Source: a virus (Duplodnaviria; Caudoviricetes). From it: DNA of 24,244 nt. The translations under genes and the position numbers were made by a program. The stretch spans positions 1-24,244 of IMG/VR virus record IMGVR_UViG_3300010366_000066. One strand, 5' to 3'. Under the pieces are notes generated by a model. It was not told where the DNA came from, searched no databases, and worked only from the letters and a program-made list of their open reading frames with translations. Shown piece by piece: positions 18,444-24,244 of this stretch (within the stretch, counting starts at the first letter, position 1; each line of letters begins with the position of its first letter).

Positions 18444-18702
18444 TTTCACCTCCTTCCGACTTCGGTTGCAAACGTTCGAACTTCCGATAGCCCTTCCAGC
18501 GGTGAATTTCACCTTTAGGCCCTTTACCGGGAATCCACGTAGGCCAGGGAGCCAGGATTTCATCAATGCATTCGAAAGGATTTTCATCGGTGGAGCCTAC
18601 AGCACGGAGGAAATCCAAGGTGGTCGAGTCCATTTCATCGAGGGTTGACTCTTTGGAAATCCCGATGACCGTGAAGCTGAATTCCTGGACGTTTGAAATC
18701 AT
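18436..18702 (-). CDS. hypothetical protein, first gene of the leftward unit
   Basis: 88 aa; AAGAGGATC directly before the ATG. Confidence 0.6.
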   Translation of the reverse strand: MISNVQEFSFTVIGISKESTLDEMDSTTLDFLRAVGSTDENPFECIDEILAPWPTWIPGKGPKGEIHRWKGYRKFERLQPKSEGGEND

Positions 18703-18720
18703 GATCCTCTTAGGACGGTG

Positions 18721-18751
18721 AAATTAAGGGGAGGCCCTGGCGAACCTCCCC
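18721..18751 (-). terminator. terminator/attenuator-like hairpin in the leftward leader
   Basis: GGGGAGG-10nt-CCTCCCC-TTAATTT on the minus strand, between promoter and first gene. Confidence 0.45.
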
Positions 18752-18789
18752 CTGTGTAGAGGCCGACAGTCAAGTCGGTCGGCACCGTG

Positions 18790-18818
18790 AGCTTACAGGG
18801 TGGCTGATGGCTCGTCAA
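18790..18818 (-). promoter_or_regulatory. leftward promoter
   Basis: TTGACG-N17-TAAGCT. Confidence 0.6.
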
Positions 18819-18949
18819 GGGCGTCTCAGGAGGCCCGTAGAGGCCCCCTGAAGCGATTGAACCCCCTGGAGGTGACCCCAAGACCCCACAAGGGGGTCTA
18901 GAACACTGGCGGGATGAAATTGGTTTGAGGCCGTTTTGGGGTCGATTGA

Positions 18950-19760
18950 GGTTCTGGAATGAAATCTTGAGACATGTTGATTGGTCGTCAACATATGGGT
19001 CTTATCCGGGGTCGTTCTGACATTTGATCTGAAATCTGTAACAGGGCTTCGGACAGGGCTTTTGATTTCACTTAAACTGAAAACTATATTTCACTCCCAA
19101 GGGGCATTCTGAAATCTGAAAATTTTCACTAAAACTGAAAAATAATTTACATTCTAGCCCCGCCGGGAAATCGTCCTCCAGACCCTCGAATTCCTGAAAT
19201 CCGGTTGGCTCAACCATGCGATTTCAGAGGCTCTGGTGCGGTCTGTCACTTGGCTCAACCATGCGGGTTTGAGGCTATTGTGCTGAATTTCACAATGGGG
19301 GTGTAATTTCACTTACTGGAGGGAGTTCGAAATTCATTACAGAGGGTCGGTACTGAAATTGAAACGACCGTGGATAGGCTCGGCCTAGGATCGAGGACAG
19401 AGAGCAGGGGAGAGAGCATGGGACAGAGGGATTCCCCCTGCCCGCCGAACAGGCTCTGACTGTAATTATCGAGTGGAATCGAAGAGCATGGATTCCCTAG
19501 GCTCCCCAATTGCCTGGCGGCTTTCATCCCTGCGAGGATTTCAGAGGGTCTCGCATACCCTCCGAGGAAATTCTTCCGGCCGTGGATTGCCTGTTCTGGA
19601 ATCAGAGAATCGACGCAGGGACAGAGGGGTCTCTCAGTGAAATTCCCTGAGGGGTCTCTGAGGCTCTCCGGAGGGGTCGGACAGGGGAATTCTCACCCCT
19701 GAGGCTCCGAGGCTCTCAGAACGGCTCAGAATGCCTCGGAGGGGGTCTCTGTTTCCGATG
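18950..19760. repeat. non-coding control region with AT-rich tract and short direct repeats (possible origin or packaging site)
   Basis: AAACTGAAAA x2 in an AT-rich tract; TTGGCTCAACCATGCG at 19205 and 19250; GGACAGRG at 19051, 19395, 19421, 19619 and 19679; GAGGGGTC repeats. Confidence 0.55.
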
Positions 19761-19785
19761 GCTGCTAGCGGAATCCTTCCCGCTC

Positions 19786-19814
19786 TTCCGGAGCCGATGA
19801 AATCCTGCTACCTT
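19786..19814 (+). promoter_or_regulatory. rightward promoter with extended -10
   Basis: TTCCGG-N17-TACCTT with TG at -15/-14; the TGCTAC core recurs at 23547-23555, 23882-23890 and 24236-24244 on the minus strand. Confidence 0.5.
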
Positions 19815-19847
19815 GGGGTCTCGGCCGGAGGTTCGAATCGGCCGGAA

Positions 19848-19860
19848 GAACCTTGAAAAC
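19848..19860 (+). promoter_or_regulatory. boxA-like antitermination element 1
   Basis: GAACCTTGAAAAC, similar to Gram-positive rrn boxA (GnTCTTTGAAAAC); preceded by a hairpin at 19821-19845. Confidence 0.55.
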
Positions 19861-20042
19861 CTAGGTCTCCGAAACGGCCATTAGACCGCGTGGCTGCATG
19901 CCTCTTTGCGGGCCGTTTCGTCAGAGACCTAGCGCTACTCAATCGGCGCGCTCCCGTAGGCATTCGTCGGGCATCTGGCTCTACGCATGAACTAACGATG
20001 AATGGACGAGAATCTGAAAACCTGCGGAGTCGGTTGAGAGTG
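19861..20042 (+). ncRNA. structured leader RNA (two abutting domains)
   Basis: Domain 1: CTAGGTCTC/GAGACCTAG plus CGAAACGGCC/GGCCGTTTCG (19861-19932). Domain 2: CTCAATCG/CGGTTGAG, CGTAGG/CCTGCG and CATTCGTCG/CGATGAATG with G-U pairs (19933-20042). Confidence 0.65.
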
Positions 20043-20054
20043 AACCTTGAAAAC
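20042..20054 (+). promoter_or_regulatory. boxA-like antitermination element 2
   Basis: Exact second copy of GAACCTTGAAAAC. Confidence 0.55.
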
Positions 20055-20058
20055 CAGA

Positions 20059-21499
20059 CAGAGTGTGCGTTCAATCCATCCCCTCGGGGGGTTCTTTTCA
20101 TACCCTGAGAGGATCGAAACGAATGCACAATCCATACCGCCCTGGCGCGAATCGTTTCTACATCGCGGAACAGGCAATCGCGGGCAAGTCTCAGAGCGAG
20201 ACGTTCAACGCTCTTCGGCCGATGGTCGAGAGCGAGACTCTCGTCTTCAAACGGAATCCGACTCGGAGTGAGAAGGCTATGGGTATCACTACCCGTATCC
20301 CCCTCGCTTCGAAGGCTCTCCAGCTACAGGCTCTCCGCGATGAAATCGGACGGGTCTATCACGTCCTCGGATTGTCCATCGGACGCAAGTTCGATGAGCA
20401 GGAAATTCCGAGGATTCCGACCCCTCCGACCCCTGAAATCCCGATGGAAGAGGCTCCGGTTCCCGACGAAATTCCGACCCCTGAAGAGGAGCCGGAAGAC
20501 GAGGAGATTCCGGAGGCTCCGGAGACGCCTATCGCCAAGGGCAAAATGAAGATCAGGGAAGAGGTTAACTACTTCATTCGGCGGTGCAATGAAATCCGCG
20601 ACAGAATCGCGGATAGAGTCCGACTTGGTGAGACTGCTCTGGACTGGATTTCAAACCGTCCTTCGCAGGCTGCCATTCGGCTCATTCCGAAAGGCATTCC
20701 CGCCGATGCCCTGCTCTACACTATGACGCTCCATTGGAGTGCGGATAGTCGGCAGTCCTACGGGATTTCCGATTATGACATGGTGGCACTGTCCAAGTCC
20801 ATCATGGAAGAGCGGAATATCACTGAAATCGTCCGCAAGGATGGCAGGGTCGAGAGACCACATGTGATGTTCGGTTACGTCCTCACTCTGGCGGAATGTC
20901 GAATCCCCATTTTCCTGGTCGGTGAATTCGGGACTGGAAAGTCCTGGCTAGCCGGTCAAATCGCCGATTACCTCGGCGTGGATTACGGGGAGACGCCGAT
21001 GTGTCTCGGCGCTACTAGAGGTGATTTGCTCGGAAGATTTACGGCGAATCCCGATCAGGCTTTCATCGCTGCTCGGTTTGCTGAAATCTACGGGAATGGT
21101 GGAGTCTTCAACTTCGAAGAGTTCGACGCGGGAGACCCTGGACTGCTCATTGTTCTGAATAACGCAATGGCAGGGAATCACTTCTACAACTCGATGAACG
21201 GTGACATGATCGAAAGGTCTCCGGAATTCATCGCTGTAGCGACCGGAAATACGTACGGTTATGGCGCGAATACCCGCTACACGGCTCGGGAGCACCTCGA
21301 CGAGGCTACTCTCGACCGTTGGCGCATGGGTCGCGTTTGGGTCGATTTCGACCGTGACTTGGAACAATTCCTGGCCGATTCCTACCTGGATTCGATCGGA
21401 ATTTCCAAGTAGTCTCGATCCCGCTCTCTGAGCGGGTTTGCAGTACCTAGGGCACAAGATGCCCGACCCCCTGAGGGGATGAATTGAGCGCACACTCTG
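20059..21499 (+). repeat. inverted-repeat pair 1 enclosing the AAA gene (20059-20093 / 21465-21499)
   Basis: 35 positions pair as RNA, with 3 G-U wobbles and one C-A mismatch. Confidence 0.9.
20123..21412 (+). CDS. MoxR/CbbQ/CobS-like AAA+ ATPase
   Basis: GEFGTGKS Walker A, FNFEEFD Walker B, ATGNT sensor, LDEATLDRW Arg finger; acidic Pro-rich linker; start moved to ATG 20123 (GAGAGGA SD). Confidence 0.9.
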   Translation: MHNPYRPGANRFYIAEQAIAGKSQSETFNALRPMVESETLVFKRNPTRSEKAMGITTRIPLASKALQLQALRDEIGRVYHVLGLSIGRKFDEQEIPRIPTPPTPEIPMEEAPVPDEIPTPEEEPEDEEIPEAPETPIAKGKMKIREEVNYFIRRCNEIRDRIADRVRLGETALDWISNRPSQAAIRLIPKGIPADALLYTMTLHWSADSRQSYGISDYDMVALSKSIMEERNITEIVRKDGRVERPHVMFGYVLTLAECRIPIFLVGEFGTGKSWLAGQIADYLGVDYGETPMCLGATRGDLLGRFTANPDQAFIAARFAEIYGNGGVFNFEEFDAGDPGLLIVLNNAMAGNHFYNSMNGDMIERSPEFIAVATGNTYGYGANTRYTAREHLDEATLDRWRMGRVWVDFDRDLEQFLADSYLDSIGISK

Positions 21500-21501
21500 A
21501 A

Positions 21502-22621
21502 ATTCGGTAGCTCGCTCATTCAGGGTTCTTCCGGAGAGCGAGTAGAGAATGAAAACCATGCGAGCACGGTATGCAGGTTACTGCACGCGGTGCAAGGGTC
21601 GAATCAGAGTAGGCGAATCGATGGTCTACCTCGGAAAAGGGAAGACGTTCCATCCCCTCTGCTACAGGGGGGATGAAAACGGAGATTCCCCGGAGGCTCC
21701 GACTATCGATGTTCCGCCGAAACGGCCGACACTTCCGCCGCAAAGAGGACTGAAGACGTTCACCGTGGATTGGGGAGAGTTGAAACAGAATCTCCTCGCA
21801 GCATTCCGCGACGATTTCAGAGCCTTTCCTCAACATGCCTCTGAGGTGAAATCTCACCTAGTCCATCCCAATGAAGGATGGCAGGGATACGGCGGAGAGG
21901 ACTGCAAACGGTGGCTAGAGTCTGGTTACAACTCCGACGCGATTAGGAATCTCGGTGACTTCACTCCTCCCCTCCGAAAGAAACGGCGAATCCGTTTCGT
22001 GGAAGAGGGGGATGAATTTCACTATGACCTGGCCGCTTCGGGAGCCGATAACTTCATGAGTGAGTGGACTCAACGGGAGAGAATTCCGGGGATGAAAATC
22101 AACATCGCTCTAGGGTTCTCGGCGGACGTCTCTGAGACCGTCCTGAATCGCTATGCGAAGTGGGTATGCAAGGCGATTTATTCCGTCATCGATATCGGGA
22201 TTGATCCTGAAATCTCGATTCACTACACGGCGGACAGGATGGTGGAAGGGGAAGAGGGGCCGCACGATACCCGAATCCGAGTGAAGAAAGAGCGCGAGGT
22301 GATGGATTTCCAGTCCTTCTCCGCAATGCTCTCTCCTGCTCAATTCCGGGCCTATATGTTCTGCGCGATGTATCTGCATTGCGAGAGCAGGGGTCGGAAG
22401 ATTACGGGAGGTCACGGTACGTCAAGTCGGTTCTTCACTCAATGGGGAGTCGATTGGGATAAAGAGCAGGAAATGCTCTACATCCGCTGCAACTATGGCG
22501 GATACGGATTCTCCGAGGAAACAATGGAGAGTCAACTCAGAGCAGCGTTGAAGGAAATGGCTAGCTAGTCCAGCCAGGAATTACAATTCAGGGGGAACCC
22601 TGAATAAGCGAGCTATCGAAT
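21502..22621 (+). repeat. inverted-repeat pair 2 enclosing the VWA-like gene (21502-21532 / 22591-22621)
   Basis: 31 positions pair, with 3 G-U wobbles and one C-A mismatch. Confidence 0.9.
21549..22568 (+). CDS. degenerate VWA/CobT-like partner of the AAA ATPase with N-terminal Zn ribbon
   Basis: ARYAGYCTRC...HPLC N-terminus; EEGDEFHYDLAASG, INIALGFS and SPAQFR motifs; typical pairing after a MoxR ATPase. Confidence 0.6.
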   Translation: MKTMRARYAGYCTRCKGRIRVGESMVYLGKGKTFHPLCYRGDENGDSPEAPTIDVPPKRPTLPPQRGLKTFTVDWGELKQNLLAAFRDDFRAFPQHASEVKSHLVHPNEGWQGYGGEDCKRWLESGYNSDAIRNLGDFTPPLRKKRRIRFVEEGDEFHYDLAASGADNFMSEWTQRERIPGMKINIALGFSADVSETVLNRYAKWVCKAIYSVIDIGIDPEISIHYTADRMVEGEEGPHDTRIRVKKEREVMDFQSFSAMLSPAQFRAYMFCAMYLHCESRGRKITGGHGTSSRFFTQWGVDWDKEQEMLYIRCNYGGYGFSEETMESQLRAALKEMAS

Positions 22622-22686
22622 ACGGAATTCCGGAGAGCAGCGGAGAGGATTTCATCCTGAGAGAACGCACACTGAAAGGATCGAGA

Positions 22687-22929
22687 ATGTTCTACGCTTT
22701 GCTTCCCCGGCCGGACGGTTCAATCTTCTACCTGAACCTGTCCGGAATCTACCTCGAATCGGACGCGAATTTCAAGCTGTCTGAGACGCTCGAATCAATC
22801 ACGAATTCCATCGAGAACGTTCGGTGGGATTTCCTGATCGATACGGAAATGTTCCCGTCACTCGAAGAGTATCGGGAATTCCCGTGCTATCGGATGCCCG
22901 ATGGTGTCCTGCGCTGCGAGGGGTGCTGA
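22687..22929 (+). CDS. hypothetical protein
   Basis: 80 aa; AAAGGA SD; Cys-rich C-terminus. Confidence 0.65.
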   Translation: MFYALLPRPDGSIFYLNLSGIYLESDANFKLSETLESITNSIENVRWDFLIDTEMFPSLEEYREFPCYRMPDGVLRCEGC

Positions 22930-22931
22930 GA

Positions 22932-23027
22932 ATGGACTCTGAGAGCCTGTTCTGGGCAATTTCAGCGGCACCTATCGTGCTCGCCTACCTCGTCTGGTAC
23001 CTCTGGTCGAATTTCCTCGATTACTAG
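22932..23027 (+). CDS. 31-aa membrane peptide MDSESLFWAISAAPIVLAYLVWYLWSNFLDY
   Basis: GAGGGG SD, ATG 2 nt after the upstream stop, one hydrophobic helix. Confidence 0.55.
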   Translation: MDSESLFWAISAAPIVLAYLVWYLWSNFLDY

Positions 23028-23103
23028 CCTGAAACAGCGCTAGAAAGTCGGAGAATTTCCTACCCCCTCTCCGCTGCTCTCCCGAATTCCGAATTTCATT
23101 TTC

Positions 23104-23140
23104 AGCCCGGAGGCAATTCCCGCTCCGGGCTTTTTTATTT
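23104..23140 (+). terminator. intrinsic terminator of the rightward operon
   Basis: AGCCCGGAG/CTCCGGGCT stem followed by TTTTTATTT. Confidence 0.85.
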
Positions 23141-23454
23141 CCCCGGCTGTTGTCAGAACGGACAACTCGGAGAGCGGAGAGATTAGGTTCGGCTCGGCCG
23201 TGCGAGGATTCCAGAACTACCCTCGGAATGAATTCCTCGCAATTCCCCCTCCCCCTCGCGAGAGCGCGTAATGCGGGAGGCAATTCCGGGTTTTCACGGA
23301 GCGGGATTTCGAGGAAATTCAAACCGGATTTCAGCGGGAAAGGGATTTCGAAAGATTTCGGAATTTCAGGTGTCGGCATTCCGGAGCGAATTGCGGTCGA
23401 GCAGGCGACGGGGGAACTGACCAAAGGCTTCGTGGAAAAATGCTTGCGGCGCAC

Positions 23455-23541
23455 AAAAAGAGAGCGCCCTTTCGGACGCTCCCTTCATCCTGAGAGGATC
23501 GTTCTGCCGCCACGCCGGGAGGATCAGACCCGAACGTTGCT
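23455..23541 (-). ncRNA. candidate antisense sRNA 1 (~87 nt)
   Basis: Own promoter (23547-23574) and terminator GGGAGCGTCC-GAAA-GGGCGCTCTC-TTTTT (23455-23483); carries CGAUCCUCUCAGGAUGAA, complementary to gene leaders. Confidence 0.65.
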
Positions 23542-23546
23542 CCTAT

Positions 23547-23574
23547 AGCGTAGCAGAGCTTAGACGGCCGTCAA
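23547..23574 (-). promoter_or_regulatory. promoter of sRNA 1
   Basis: TTGACG-N16-TACGCT with extended TG. Confidence 0.65.
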
Positions 23575-23818
23575 ACGGCCTCTGTGCGCCTTGTGGGGTC
23601 TCTCTACTAGGGGAGCATGGTGCCAGGAGCCATTCTAAGGGGTCTAGAAGGCGTCGCTAGCGTCGATGAATGTCGGAGTCCAAGTGAGGGGGTCGAAGCG
23701 CTCAGATCGCAAATTTCGAAGTCGAAGTCCGAAGTGCGAATTCGGGCAAGTGCCGATCCCGACCCCCCGGCCTTGTTTGTGGCAATTCACACAAGTGAAT
23801 TCACTCTGTCCTGAAATG

Positions 23819-23876
23819 AAAAAACCCCCGGCCTTGTGAGCCGGGGGTCTGTTCTCCGGAGAGCGAGTCCGGGAGC
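23819..23876 (-). ncRNA. candidate antisense sRNA 2 (~58 nt), or 3' UTR of the 98-aa gene
   Basis: Same TCTGCTACGCT -10 box (23882-23892); terminator ACCCCCGGC/GCCGGGGGT plus U-run (23819-23848); carries ACUCGCUCUCCGGAGAAC. Confidence 0.55.
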
Positions 23877-23892
23877 TTGCGAGCGTAGCAGA

Positions 23893-24189
23893 CTAGGGCT
23901 TGTAAATCCAGTCTGGCTTGGGCTGGAGGATTCCCTTCTCGACCAGACCGTCCGAGAACACGGTGTCCTTGCGGAGCGCGTCGATGCGGGAAGCGTAGAC
24001 CCAGTGATCGGGCTGCGCGGCGGTGAGGAAGCGATCCACGTTGAAATTCGGGTTCGTCTCCTTGAGCGCGTCCACGAAGGCGAGCCGCATGCCCGCCATG
24101 TGCGAGTGCTGCATGGTGTCGTCCGGGGAGATGCGCTCGGCCTCGGCCTTAAGCACGTCCGCGATAAGCTGAAAGTCCTTCTTGGTCAT
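23893..24189 (-). CDS. conserved small phage protein (MT.KDF..IA....NP.F...RF type)
   Basis: 98 aa, GAAAGGAAG SD, TGCTACTGT extended -10 at the window end. Confidence 0.75.
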   Translation of the reverse strand: MTKKDFQLIADVLKAEAERISPDDTMQHSHMAGMRLAFVDALKETNPNFNVDRFLTAAQPDHWVYASRIDALRKDTVFSDGLVEKGILQPKPDWIYKP

Positions 24190-24244
24190 GTCTTCCTTTC
24201 GTCTTGGGCGCTGCCTCTAGCGCCTCAGTGATCGTACAGTAGCA

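Larger units (their letters stand above)
22623..23091 (+). repeat. inverted-repeat pair 3 enclosing two small genes (22623-22648 / 23066-23091)
   Basis: 25 of 26 Watson-Crick pairs, one C-C mismatch. Confidence 0.9.

Noticed and set aside
592-18648. Many + strand ORFs (e.g. 8228-9466, 15228-16235, 7024-7848)
   Set aside because: Antisense shadows of well-supported minus-strand genes in GC-rich DNA, with no motifs.
19205-19265. Mini CRISPR array
   Set aside because: Only two 16-bp repeats, and no cas genes.
19829-19840. GGTTCGAATC tRNA T-loop-like motif
   Set aside because: No T-stem, acceptor stem or cloverleaf; it sits in a simple hairpin.
20100-20120. CTGAGAG...GAAA as a hammerhead ribozyme core
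   Set aside because: Does not match CUGANGA with the required stems; better explained as SD and antisense target.
18699-20271. Short ORFs in the control region, and the 20063 start for the AAA gene
   Set aside because: No SD or motifs; they overlap promoters and structured RNA; ATG 20123 has the SD.
20059-23091. Inverted repeats as IS or transposon ends, or integron attC sites
   Set aside because: No transposase or integrase in the window, no target duplications, the three pairs are unrelated in sequence, and G-U bias points to RNA.
22972-23814. ORFs 23150-23548, 22972-23454, 23331-23513 and 23617-23814
   Set aside because: Most cross terminators, none has a recognisable motif, and they read like translated non-coding repeats.

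Overview
This is a GC-rich tailed-phage (Caudoviricetes) genome segment, host unknown. Positions 1-18702 are a leftward morphogenesis region on the minus strand. In transcription order it encodes small ORFs, a lambda GpA-type terminase large subunit, a TerS-like HTH protein, portal, a cluster of very basic mini-proteins, protease/scaffold, a PSBD(E3-binding)-domain protein, DUF2190-like cement, major capsid, beta-rich fibre/decoration proteins and head-tail joining proteins. A ~1.1 kb repeat-rich non-coding control region follows, then a rightward operon: MoxR/CobS-like AAA+ ATPase, a degenerate VWA/CobT-like partner and two small genes. The most striking feature is the predicted RNA architecture of that operon. 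It has a promoter, two identical rrn boxA-like motifs and a structured leader, then three back-to-back cassettes, each enclosed by its own 26-35 bp inverted-repeat pair (G-U wobbles in pairs 1 and 2, one internal mismatch each), resembling rRNA processing stems. Downstream, two small minus-strand promoter-terminator units carry sequences complementary to the ribosome-binding regions of these genes, consistent with trans-acting antisense repressors. All protein calls come from motif recognition and synteny only; no database searches were run.
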